A stretch of DNA of 64,000 nt from Rhodospirillales bacterium (GTDB lineage: Bacteria; Pseudomonadota; Alphaproteobacteria; SP197). Where the stretch lies: positions 27,325 through 91,324 of the forward strand of contig JACONG010000004.1 in NCBI GenBank assembly GCA_014323865.1. Direction: 5' to 3'. Below, one piece after another: positions 9,888 through 18,746 of this stretch; positions within the stretch are counted from its first letter, which is position 1; the number at the start of each line of letters is the position of its first letter. The translations under genes were made by a program, and so were the position numbers. The notes beneath the pieces were generated by a model, which did not search any database, was not told the origin of the DNA, and saw only the letters and a list, made by a program, of their open reading frames with translations.

Positions 9888-9900
9888 CGCTTTCGGCTCG

Positions 9901-10451
9901 TCAGAGGGGCTTCAGGTCGATCGGGCCGTCGTGCTCGGCGCAGGTGTGGGTCGCGGACGTGCCGCCCAGGTGCATGAGCAGCACCTTCGCGCCCGTCGCC
10001 GAGGCCTGGGCCTTGACCGTCTCGCAGAGCGTTTCGCCCAACTTGGCGACGTCACCTTCGAGAGGCTTGACAGCGATGCTGACCGCCAGGGCTTTGAGAT
10101 CCATGGTGTCGGAATCCTCGCCGGTTGTTTTGGCAATGGCCTTCATGAAGAGGGCCGGATTGTTCATCAGTGCGGCGCCGACGATGCGTTTGACTTGGCG
10201 CGTGGCCTTGTCGAGTCGATGACGGGATCGGCACTGAGCTCACGCGACGCGGCGATCACCGCCTCAGGGTTCGCGTTGGTCCAGGCCTCCCGACCATCGT
10301 GTGGTCTGGTCTGCACGGTGCCGGCCGGCATGAGCAGGATCTCGCTCGGGACGTTGCCGGCCTCGAGCTCGGTCGCGGCGACGGCCAGGCCCATGTGGTC
10401 GGGCACGGTCCTTGCAAACGCGAGCTGCAGGTCGATCGTTCGTTCGGTCAT
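9901..10451 (-). pseudogene. Two short ORFs (94 aa and 88 aa, TGATG overlap) resembling fragments of Mu-like prophage protein I (protease/scaffold)
   Basis: ORFs 10167..10451 and 9901..10167 on the minus strand total about 180 aa, against about 350 aa for Mu gpI. The motif PAG-x-RPHDGR...AVIAAS is present. Assignment is by pattern only. Confidence 0.35.
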
Positions 10452-10560
10452 CGCGGTCCGGTTCTGTCGCCGGCATTGCGCCGGCCGTCGAGATGGCTGA
10501 CCCTATGACCCGATTACAACCGATGTGACCCGGACAGGTGTCCGGGGGATGAGAGCGAAG

Positions 10561-11238
10561 ATGGCCTACGTCAGGCCGGCGCACAGAGCCGACGCCTTCA
10601 ACTGTCCCTACTGCGGTACTTATGCCGTGATGCACTGGCGCTACCACATTGGGACGGCCCGGGAGGATGGTTGTGAACAAGCTAAGGTGTTTTGGCTCCC
10701 GATCGAGGAGCCTGACTTCGACAATCTCCAGGATCTAGAGACCTCGACCTGCAATCGGTGCAAAGGAATCGCTGTCTGGCACAACGGCGAGATGGTCGAG
10801 CCGCTCGGCGTCTCTGCACCGCCCGCCCATAGGTCGTTGCCGGCTGATTGCCGGGATGACTATGCCGAGGCCCGAGCGATCCTTGAGCGATCGCCGAAGG
10901 GTGCCGCCGCGATGCTTCGTCTGGTGGTGCAGAAGCTCTGTGTGCATCTCGGCGAAGAAGGCAAGAACATCAATCACGACATCGGCGAGCTGGTGAAGAA
11001 GGGTCTGCCCGAAGAGATCCAGATGGCGCTCGATACGGTGCGGGTGGTCGGGAACGATTCCGTCCATCCCGGCCAGATCGATGTACGCGACACGCCGGAG
11101 GTGTGCGCCCGGCTTTTCGAGCTCGTGAACTTCATCGTGCAGCGCATGATACACGAGCCGGCCGAGATCGCGCGGATCTACGGCGCGCTGCCGCCCGACA
11201 AGCGCGCCGGCATCAAGGGCCGAGACGGCAAATCCTGA
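10561..11238 (+). CDS. DUF4145 domain protein (HEPN-like C-terminal domain with N-terminal Cys-rich/zinc-ribbon-like region)
   Basis: ORF 10525..11238 with a start at MAYVRP. CPYCGTY...CNRCKG cysteine pairs, then ...AAAMLRLVVQKLCVHLGEE...ALDTVRVVGNDSVHPGQ, typical of DUF4145. It is on the opposite strand to the prophage fragments and slightly lower in GC. Confidence 0.65.
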   Translation: MAYVRPAHRADAFNCPYCGTYAVMHWRYHIGTAREDGCEQAKVFWLPIEEPDFDNLQDLETSTCNRCKGIAVWHNGEMVEPLGVSAPPAHRSLPADCRDDYAEARAILERSPKGAAAMLRLVVQKLCVHLGEEGKNINHDIGELVKKGLPEEIQMALDTVRVVGNDSVHPGQIDVRDTPEVCARLFELVNFIVQRMIHEPAEIARIYGALPPDKRAGIKGRDGKS

Positions 11239-11386
11239 CCCCCGTCAAAATTGCCCCTAGAGGGCGATGAATACCTCCCCCGGCACCCATACAGCCCGCC
11301 CCTCCGAATCGTTTAAACCCCGTTTAACGCGCAATCCTGGGCGTGTTTGGGTACGCTCCGGTTGCTCCGCGGGCGGTCCGATGCCC

Positions 11387-11959
11387 TCATCTCACGCCGA
11401 GGGGCCGGTGTCCCCCTGTCAAGGACGTGAGGAGCAGGCCCGGCGGTCCGGCGTCGGGCCTTTCTTGCGAACGGCGCCAGGCCAGCGTGCCACGCCGGCG
11501 CTTCTCCAGCTCCCGGGACTTGTCCACCTCGAAGGCCGTCACGCCGCGCCAGCCGTCCGGCGCGACATCCATGACAACCGTGAGGCGGGCGTCCTGGCCG
11601 GGAACGGTCCAGTGCGCGACGTGGTGACGCCGAAGCGTCATCTCGCCGCTGCGTTCCTCCCAGACCCACCATATCTCGTCGGGCTGGCGGATCGTGTCGG
11701 CGATGACACGGATGAACTTCTGGCGTCCGCGCTTGTCGACCTTGTAGGGCCCGCCCGGGAAGAGGCGGAAGAAGGCGTCGGTGATCACGACCGGCTCGCC
11801 GATGACGTCCGTGAAGACGACGGGCTTTCCGGGCGCGGCACCGAACTCTTCCAGGAAGGCACCGACGTACTCGGCGTCGGACAGTCCCGAGGCGGGCATG
11901 ATCCGCGAGGCCGGCACCGGCGGCGGGCCCGATATCGGCGGCGGAGTCAGACCGTCCAT
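11387..11959 (-). pseudogene. MuF-like (phage head morphogenesis) N-terminal fragment
   Basis: 190-aa ORF. It is preceded, in the same frame, by RRIPKGIDPGFAYNVG, which continues from the portal-like frame after a frameshift. It is truncated at 11387. Confidence 0.35.
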
Positions 11960-12419
11960 GTGACGAAGACCGACGTTGTAGGCGAAGCCGGGATCGATGC
12001 CCTTCGGGATGCGCCGGACCTGGCCGGTGCGCCGGTTCTTCCATGCCCATCAACTCGCGGACCTGGCCTTGGCTCACCTTGAAGCCGATCGGAACCAGCT
12101 TCGCCAGAGAGTCGGAGACGCGGACGATGTCGATCGACTCCGCCCGGCTTATACGGATCTTCGGGTAGGCCTTCTGCGGACCACGGTTGAGGTCGATGAT
12201 CGGCCGGACCAGGTCGCGGTTGAGCGTGGCGCAGAGCTGCTTGCAGTCACTGCGCTCGATGTTGGCGCGGACGTCGTTGTGTACGTCGCCCAGAGCACGG
12301 GAGCCGGAGTCACCGACGTCGGTCGTCAGCGTTTGCCCCAGGACAGCCTTCGAGATCAGGCTGTCGATGTAGCCGATGAGCTTCTCGTAGATATCGGCAT
12401 TGGCGCCCGCGCGCCGAAC

Positions 12420-12990
12420 CGTTCGGCATGGACTTCGCCATTGCTGAAGGCGGTCTCAGCCTCACGTTGGGTGGCGGTCAGCTCCCGCTCGAGATCGGCG
12501 GTGTTCTCGACCGGGCGCATGCCGCGCCGTCCACCGCCCCAGCTTGTCTTGAGCATGACCGGATAGCCGACGCCAGCGACCAACGTTGCGGTCTTCGCCA
12601 TGTCTTCGGGCAGGGCGCCGGTCGCCGGCACCGTGGCGACATCCGCTTCGGCAGCCTCCTCGCGCGCGGCGACCTTGCTGCCGGAGCAGGCCCATGGTCT
12701 CCGGCTTCGGTCCGACCCGGATCATGCCCGCGGCGATGACCTCCTCGGCGAAATCGGGGTTCTCAGACAGGAAGCCGTAGACCGGGTGCACCGCATCGGT
12801 TTCGGCGGCGACCCGCAGCATCTCCTCAATGGCAAGGCAGGCCCGCACCGGTCCAAGGCCTTGCCCGACCAGATAGCTCTCGTCGGTCTTGAACCGGTGC
12901 AGGGCCAGCTTGTCCTCGGCCGAATGGACCGCGATTGTCCGGATGCCGAGTTCGTTGGCAGCCCGCATCACGCGGATGGCGATCTCGCCG
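12420..12990 (-). pseudogene. N-terminal fragment of a biotin carboxylase-domain enzyme (pyruvate carboxylase-like), frameshifted and truncated by the prophage remnant
   Basis: Minus-strand frames give IAANRGEIAIRVMRAANELGIRTIAVHSAEDKLALHRFKTDESYLVGQG...VHPVYGFLSENPDFAEEV..GMIRVGPKPETMGLL, then in another frame GYPVMLKTSWGGGRRGMRPV...ELE..ATQREAE.AF.NGEVH.E. These are the classic biotin-carboxylase N-terminal and ATP-grasp blocks. The sequence diverges at about 12420 into phage-like sequence, and a stop lies where the start Met is expected. Confidence 0.6.
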
Positions 12991-13195
12991 CGGTTGGCGG
13001 CGATGAAGGCGTTTTATGGTCACGGTCATAGGCCGGAATCCCCACATATCCGCTGCATTTGCGCGAACTCCAACAGTTTGCCGACTACACCGCGTTGCCC
13101 CCGTGATAGCGTTCTTGCGATATCGGGCCGGCGGTTCCGGTCCGATTCTCGCCCAGCGCCTTCAAACCGTCGTTCTTGTCCCGCAACGAGCGCCC

Positions 13196-14767
13196 ATGAA
13201 TCTTGGCCGTGCCTTTGTGACCGTGAGCGGGCTGACCATCATCAGCCGCATTCTCGGGTTCCTGCGCGACATGCTCTTTGCAGCCGCGCTTGGCGCGGGC
13301 ATTGCGGCCGATGCCTTCCTGGTCGCCTTCAAGCTGCCGAACTTCTTCCGCCGCCTGTTTGCCGAAGGCGCCTTCAATGCGGCCTTTATCCCGATGTTCG
13401 CGGGCAAGCTGGAAGGCGAGGGCAAGGCGGAAGCCAAGCGACTGGCCGACGAAACCATGGCCGTGCTGCTGCTCGTGCTCGTGGTGCTGACGATCCTGTT
13501 CGAGATCGCCATGCCCTGGGTCATGATCGCGCTGGCGCCGGGTTTCGTCGACGAACCCGCCAAGTTCGAACTTGCCATCGAACTCACGCGCATCACCTTC
13601 CCCTACCTGCTGCTGATCTCGCTGGTCTCGCTCTTCGGCTGCATGTTGAACTCGACCGGGCGGTTCGCGGCCTATGCCGCCGCGCCGATCCTGCTGAACC
13701 TCAGCCTGATCGCAGCGGCTCTGATCGCCTACTTCTCCGACACGATCGGTGCCGGACATGCGCTGGCCTGGGGCGTCACGCTGGGCGGTGTCGCCCAGCT
13801 CCTGCTTCTGCTCGCGAACCTCAGCCGCGCAGGTCTGATGCCGCGATTGCTGCTGCCTCGCCTGACCGAGGGCGTGAAGAGCGTGCTCAAGCTGTTCGGC
13901 CCGGCGGCACTGGGTGCTGGCGTCGTCCAGATCAACCTCGTGATCGACCTCTGGGTGGCATCGTTCCTGCCGACCGGCGCGATCTCCTATCTCTACTACG
14001 CCGACCGCGTGAACCAGCTCCCCTTGGGCGTCATCGGCATTGCCGTGGGAACGGTGCTGTTGCCGCTGCTGTCGCGCCAGATCGAGGCGGGCGACGGGGC
14101 CGGTGCCAACGAGAGCCAGAGCCGGGCGGTCGAGCTCGTCATGGTGTTCTGCCTGCCGGCTGCGGTCGCGCTCACGGTGATCGCCGAACCCGTCATCGCT
14201 GTCCTGTTCGAACGCGGTGCCTTCGATGCCGTCGACACTGCCAACAGCGCCGCTGCACTCGTCGCCTTCGCCATCGGACTTCCGGCCTATGTGTTGATCA
14301 AGGTCTTCGCGCCGGTCTTTTTCGCACGCAAGGACACCAAGACGCCGGTCAAGACGGCGATCGTCGGGCTGCTCAGCAACCTCGCGATCATGCTGGCGCT
14401 GATCTGGTCGCTCGGTCATGTCGGCATCGCGCTCGCTACGGCGAGTGCGGCCTGGATCAACGCTGGCCTGCTTTTTGTCATCCTCGTGCGGCGCGGTCAC
14501 TTCATGCCCGACGCGCGCCTCAGGAGGCGCCTGCCGCGCATTTTCTTTGCATCGGCGGCGATGGCGGTCGTCCTGTGTCTGGTCCTGATCGCCGAAGCAC
14601 GCTGGTGGCCGGCGGGTGCCCTGGCCGAGGTTGCCGCGCTCGCGTTGATGATCGCGCTCGGTCTCGGCGCCTACACTCTGGCAGGCCAGGCGATCGGCGC
14701 GTTCCGGCTGGCCGAGGTGCGAGCGATAATGCGGCGCACGCCAAGGGCTTCGAACGACGCGGCCTGA
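13196..14767 (+). CDS. murJ: Lipid II flippase MurJ (MviN)
   Basis: MNLGRAFVTVSGLTIISRILGFLRDMLFAAALGAGIAADAFLVAFKLPNFFRRLFAEGAFNAAFIPMF is a canonical MurJ N-terminus. About 520 aa, with many TM segments. Confidence 0.85.
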   Translation: MNLGRAFVTVSGLTIISRILGFLRDMLFAAALGAGIAADAFLVAFKLPNFFRRLFAEGAFNAAFIPMFAGKLEGEGKAEAKRLADETMAVLLLVLVVLTILFEIAMPWVMIALAPGFVDEPAKFELAIELTRITFPYLLLISLVSLFGCMLNSTGRFAAYAAAPILLNLSLIAAALIAYFSDTIGAGHALAWGVTLGGVAQLLLLLANLSRAGLMPRLLLPRLTEGVKSVLKLFGPAALGAGVVQINLVIDLWVASFLPTGAISYLYYADRVNQLPLGVIGIAVGTVLLPLLSRQIEAGDGAGANESQSRAVELVMVFCLPAAVALTVIAEPVIAVLFERGAFDAVDTANSAAALVAFAIGLPAYVLIKVFAPVFFARKDTKTPVKTAIVGLLSNLAIMLALIWSLGHVGIALATASAAWINAGLLFVILVRRGHFMPDARLRRRLPRIFFASAAMAVVLCLVLIAEARWWPAGALAEVAALALMIALGLGAYTLAGQAIGAFRLAEVRAIMRRTPRASNDAA

Positions 14768-14772
14768 TCGCG

Positions 14773-15192
14773 ATGCTGCGGGAACTCCGGGTCCAGTTTC
14801 TGCCGATCCTGCTGGTGCATGTCCTGCTCGCGATGGTGGTCGTTGTCTCAGGCCTTGTCATTGTCGTCGGAACCGGGGCCGCCGAGGCGGTGCTGACCGC
14901 TCTCTTCACCGTCCTTCTTTCGGTGGTGGGGGTGTTCTTCGTCTGCGCCGCGGTGAGCGCGCATCCCGTGCTGTTCATTCTGTCGAGCTATCGGTCTTCA
15001 CGGCAGCAATGGTCACGGCCTGCCTGTTTGTCGCCGCCGGTCCCGGTCCGGTCCCTGCGTTCAGCATCGCATCAATGTCACCGATGGACAGGGCTTCGCC
15101 GGCGAAGCTCAGCCGGGGTCTGTCGCGTGGCGAGCAGTTCGCGCAGGCGATTGTCCGCCGCGGCCATGCTCAGTCGTCGTCGGGTGCGGTGA
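14773..15192 (+). CDS. Hypothetical small membrane protein (only the N-terminal roughly 75 codons look protein-like)
   Basis: ATG 8 nt after the murJ stop. Two hydrophobic helices (LPILLVHVLLAMVVVVSGLVIVVG; LFTVLLSVVGVFFVCAAVSAHPVLFIL). The tail is low-complexity and overlaps the GST gene, so the real stop is uncertain. Confidence 0.25.
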   Translation: MLRELRVQFLPILLVHVLLAMVVVVSGLVIVVGTGAAEAVLTALFTVLLSVVGVFFVCAAVSAHPVLFILSSYRSSRQQWSRPACLSPPVPVRSLRSASHQCHRWTGLRRRSSAGVCRVASSSRRRLSAAAMLSRRRVR

Positions 15193-15835
15193 AGGTCGCC
15201 GTGGGCGCCACGGTCGTATCCTGCTGCGGCAGCTTGTCGGGGTGATGCCAGCCGGGCAGCAGCGAGAGCCGGCCCATCCATGACAGCATCTTGCGCCAGT
15301 GGGTCAGGTCGAGCCCGGCCTCGTCGGCGATGAAGATGTATCCGACGGCCGAGATGTCGGCGATGGTCGGTCCGTCGGCCGCCAGCCAGTCGCGTTCGGC
15401 GAGGTGGCGGTCGACAAGATCGAAGGCGCTGCGGGCGCGATTCTGCAGGTAGTCCGTGACATCGGGTTCATGCCCGGCAAAGCGCAGGCCGAAACGCGCC
15501 TGGGAGATGCCGGCGGTGAGCTTGTTGCTGGTCCAGGCCATCCACTCCTGAATGCGTCGTGACTCATCGGCGTCGCGGCCGCCGAAGCGTCCCCTGGTGT
15601 CGGCCAGATAGCGCAGGATCACGTCGGACTGGGTGACGACCTTGCCGTCATGCTCCAGCACCGGCACCTCCTGAAAGGTGTTGAGGGCGGTAAAGGCGTC
15701 GGTCCTGGTCCCGCCCGAGAAAATGTCGATCTGTTTCCAGCGGTAGGCCGTGCCGCTCAGCGCCAGGAACAGCGCAACCTTGTAGCAGTTGCCGGACTCA
15801 TGGTGGCCGTGAAGTGTGAAGGCGGGTTCAGGCAT
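15170..15835 (-). CDS. Glutathione S-transferase family protein
   Basis: 221 aa. The N-terminal thioredoxin-like part (LHGHHESGNCYKVALFLAL...VPVLEHDG) plus a C-terminal helical domain is a typical GST. Confidence 0.75.
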   Translation of the reverse strand: MPEPAFTLHGHHESGNCYKVALFLALSGTAYRWKQIDIFSGGTRTDAFTALNTFQEVPVLEHDGKVVTQSDVILRYLADTRGRFGGRDADESRRIQEWMAWTSNKLTAGISQARFGLRFAGHEPDVTDYLQNRARSAFDLVDRHLAERDWLAADGPTIADISAVGYIFIADEAGLDLTHWRKMLSWMGRLSLLPGWHHPDKLPQQDTTVAPTATFTAPDDD

Positions 15836-15844
15836 GTGTTGCTC

Positions 15845-16396
15845 CTATGCGTCGTCGGCTGTTGCACGGGCGCGCGCCCGCAGTCCCAGCCCGATCAGCG
15901 CGAGACCGAAGATGGTAATGCCTGTGGGAAGCCAGGCGGCCTCTGCCCGCGCCGCCTTCAGCCCACCGACCGTCTGGTCGATCGAGACCATGGTGCCCTG
16001 TTCGCTTTCGAACTGCCAGACCAGCATACGGTTCATCTCGTCGTCGGCATCGTCCCAGAGATAGTAAGTTGCCGGCAGTTGCTCGGTGACGCTCGCCCGG
16101 ACCACATCGTAGCCCGGCATGGAGTTGAGATAGAGCACCACCCGTTCGCCGGGATCGAGAGCAATATGAAGCTCCATGGTGTCGTGCTGCAGGAAGCGCA
16201 GCACCGCGCCGCGCCGTTTGTGCACCTCGCGCGCGTCGATCGGTTCGCCCGCGAACGGAACGAGTTCTCCCAGTTCGGGATAGTCGTGACGCCACGGCTC
16301 CCAGGCGAACCAGGCACCGATCCCGGTCAGAATCACGCCGGCCACCAGCGTCGCGGGAAGATGGCGTTGCAGGCTGCTGGCGAACCGTCCGATCAC
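15845..16396 (-). CDS. Membrane protein with one TM helix at each end (DUF3592-like topology)
   Basis: 183 aa. N-terminal TM LPATLVAGVILTGIGAWFAW and C-terminal TM LPTGITIFGLALIGLGL flank a soluble domain. Confidence 0.4.
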   Translation of the reverse strand: MIGRFASSLQRHLPATLVAGVILTGIGAWFAWEPWRHDYPELGELVPFAGEPIDAREVHKRRGAVLRFLQHDTMELHIALDPGERVVLYLNSMPGYDVVRASVTEQLPATYYLWDDADDEMNRMLVWQFESEQGTMVSIDQTVGGLKAARAEAAWLPTGITIFGLALIGLGLRARARATADDA

Positions 16397-16466
16397 GCGG
16401 GCGCCACCCGCGCCCCTCCCCAGCGTCGGGGGGAGGGAACGTCGATTGCAGGAAGGCGCAACATTG

Positions 16467-17831
16467 TCACCCGCGCAGCTTCGGTTCGGCGGCGTCGAGT
16501 GCCGCGGTCAGGGCGTCGATCATCTCGTCGACGTCGCCCCGCGTCATGATGAGCGGCGGAGACATCACCATGGAGTCACCCGTGGCGCGGACAAGCAGGC
16601 CGCGCTGCCAGGCCTCTTCACGCACGACGTAGCCGGCTCTCTTGTCGGTGTCGAAGCCCTGACGCGTGGCCTTGTCTCCGACCACCTCGACCGCAGCCAT
16701 CATGCCGCGGCCGCGCACTTCGCCAACCAGCGGGTGGTCGGCCAGCGCATGCAGGCGCTCCTGGAAGTAGGGACCGATGTCGGACCCCGCATGCTCCACG
16801 ATCCTCTCGCGCTGCAGGATGTTGATGTTCTCGAGCGCCACGGCTGCCGCGACCGGATGGCCGGAATAGGTGAAGCCGGTCTGGCTGTCGCCGCCCATCT
16901 CCTCGAGCACATCGGCCACGCGGTCATGAACCATCAGGCCCGAGATCGGCTGGTAGCCCGAGCTCAGTCCCTTGGCGATGGTCATGAAGTCGGGGTCGAT
17001 CTTGAACTGCTCAGAGGCAAACCAGGTGCCGGTGCGTCCGAAGCCGCAGATCACCTCGTCGGCGATCAGCAGCACGTTGTGCTCGCGGCAGATGCGCTGC
17101 ACCTCGGGCCAGTAGCTCTCCGGCGGCACCAGCACGCCGCCTGCGCCCATGATCGGCTCGCCGATGAAGGCACCGACATTCTCCGCGCCCAGCGCCAGGA
17201 TCATGTTCTCGACCGAACGCGCCGCCTGGATGCCGAACTCCTCGGGGTCCATGTCGCCGCCGAAGCGATACCAGTGCGGACAGTCGGCGTGCACGAAACC
17301 CTGCAGCGGCAGGTCGTAATGCGGGTGCATGGAGCTCAGACCGCACAGGCTCGCGGCCACCATGGTCGCACCATGATAGGCGTTCTTGCGGCTGATGATC
17401 GTCTTCTTGGTTTTCTCGCCCCGGGTGTTCCAGTACCAGCGCACGAGCTTGCAGATCGTGTCGTTGGCGTCCGACCCGGTGTTGCCGAAAAAGACCTGGT
17501 TGAGCCCGTCGGGCGTCACGTCGGCCAGCTTGGCGGCGAGCTCCGTGGTGGGCTGCGTCGTCGTGTGGAAGAAGGTGTTGTAGTAGGGAAGCTCAAGCAT
17601 CTGCTTGTAGGCCACCTCGGCCAGTTCCTTGCGGCCGTAGCCGATGTTGACGCACCACAGGCCTGCCATGCCGTCAAGCACGCGGTGGCCCTCGGTGGTC
17701 CACATGTGGACGCCCTCGGCACGTTCGATGACGCGGACGCCCTTGCCGTTGAGCTCCTTGGCGTCGGTGAAGGGATGCAGATGATGCTGGCGGTCCATGT
17801 CCTGCAGGACCGCGGTCAGGTTCGAGACCAT
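16467..17831 (-). CDS. Class-III (omega) aminotransferase, PLP-dependent
   Basis: 454 aa. Motifs FFGNTGSDANDTICKLVRWY, LLIADEVICGFGRTG and TIAKGLSSGYQPISG (Lys) are diagnostic for the AT-III family. Confidence 0.85.
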   Translation of the reverse strand: MVSNLTAVLQDMDRQHHLHPFTDAKELNGKGVRVIERAEGVHMWTTEGHRVLDGMAGLWCVNIGYGRKELAEVAYKQMLELPYYNTFFHTTTQPTTELAAKLADVTPDGLNQVFFGNTGSDANDTICKLVRWYWNTRGEKTKKTIISRKNAYHGATMVAASLCGLSSMHPHYDLPLQGFVHADCPHWYRFGGDMDPEEFGIQAARSVENMILALGAENVGAFIGEPIMGAGGVLVPPESYWPEVQRICREHNVLLIADEVICGFGRTGTWFASEQFKIDPDFMTIAKGLSSGYQPISGLMVHDRVADVLEEMGGDSQTGFTYSGHPVAAAVALENINILQRERIVEHAGSDIGPYFQERLHALADHPLVGEVRGRGMMAAVEVVGDKATRQGFDTDKRAGYVVREEAWQRGLLVRATGDSMVMSPPLIMTRGDVDEMIDALTAALDAAEPKLRG

Positions 17832-18241
17832 GATGGGGCTCTCCGAAGATAGAGTGTGTCGTGATATGTGAGTGCCGCTCGAACGGCTGGCGGCCCGCCT
17901 CCGGAAACGGGTCGCGGCCTAAGGGTCGAAGTCGATCCGGGCGCATTGCACAAGGAGTTCCTTGTGGCGCGACAGATCGGTGACGTCATGCAGGCGCGGT
18001 GTCATGCGCCGGAGTTTACAGCAGACGGGCAGGACGAATCGAGAGGGTGCTGACAGCCGCGGTGAACCGGTCAGACGTGTTCCTTCGGGCCCACCAGATG
18101 CCGAACTTCGAGCGGGTTCTCACCGCGATGGAAGGCCCGGGCCGCTTCCTGGAGCGTGCGGTCGGCTTCGGTGACACGTTCTTGCTGGCGCAGGTGTCCG
18201 GCGCCTCGGTGTCCTCGAAGACGCGCCAATCGAAGGCACCG

Positions 18242-18650
18242 TCACGGTGGCGTTCCTGGAAGAGGCGTTGAGCGCATCGAGGAGACCTCGGTGTCGGCTT
18301 CGTCCACCCGGCAGATCGACATCGGCCCCAAGCGCACCATATGTGCCCGCGAAGAAGTGGAGCACCTGTGGCTTTTGGACCCGGATGCTGGGGTCGTTCC
18401 GGCTGTATGAGGAACAATGGCTCCCGATCGCCTCGTTGGTCGGTGACGCCATTCCATACTGAGGCGACCACTGATCTGCTCCGGACTCCAGCCTTCACTC
18501 AACTTCGCACCGACCACATGACACAACTCCGGCGCCATCTTTCTCGGAACCGGGGAGGCGTCCCTGCGGCGCTTATCTGCCGGGGCCTGCGCCGACAATG
18601 ACGACACGACAACATGTTTCAGCGGCGGATATGACATGCGGCAGGCCTTT
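18242..18650 (-). pseudogene. IS30-family transposase remnant (N-terminal HTH region only, frames scrambled downstream)
   Basis: A minus-strand frame gives ...RKMAPELCHVVGAKLSEGWSPEQISGRL, the conserved GWSP-QIAGRL block of IS30 transposases. No intact DDE domain was found in any frame. Confidence 0.35.
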
Positions 18651-18746
18651 GGGCGTGGCTTGAAAATGCGAAGAGGTCTGCATAATCTCAGCAGCAGATG
18701 AACCGATGACGTTGACGGACGAAAGTGCAAGTGGAGTGGTGACCAT

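Larger units (their letters stand above)
9901..12420 (-). mobile_element. Mu-like prophage remnant (portal C-terminus, MuF-like N-terminus and gpI-like fragments) with an embedded intact DUF4145 gene
   Basis: On the minus strand the gene order is portal-like C-terminus (12420..11960; ...DSLISKAVLGQTLTTDVGDSGSRALGDVHNDVRANIE...LVPIGFKVSQGQVRELMGMEEP), then a MuF/head-morphogenesis-like start (11959..11387; MDGLTPPP...), then gpI-like pieces (10451..9901; LLMPAGTVQTRPHDGREAWTNANPEAVIAAS resembles COG4388 Mu I protein). This matches the Mu head-gene order 29-30-(G)-I. There is a frameshift between the portal and F frames. Confidence 0.45.

Noticed and set aside
9901-10451. Reading the 94-aa and 88-aa TGATG-coupled ORFs as an intact two-gene operon of small unknown proteins
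   Set aside because: Their sequence (PAG..RPHDGR...AVIAAS) and their position after portal/MuF fragments fit fragments of a Mu-like gpI better than stand-alone genes. The coupling may be fortuitous. This is kept at low confidence, not fully excluded.
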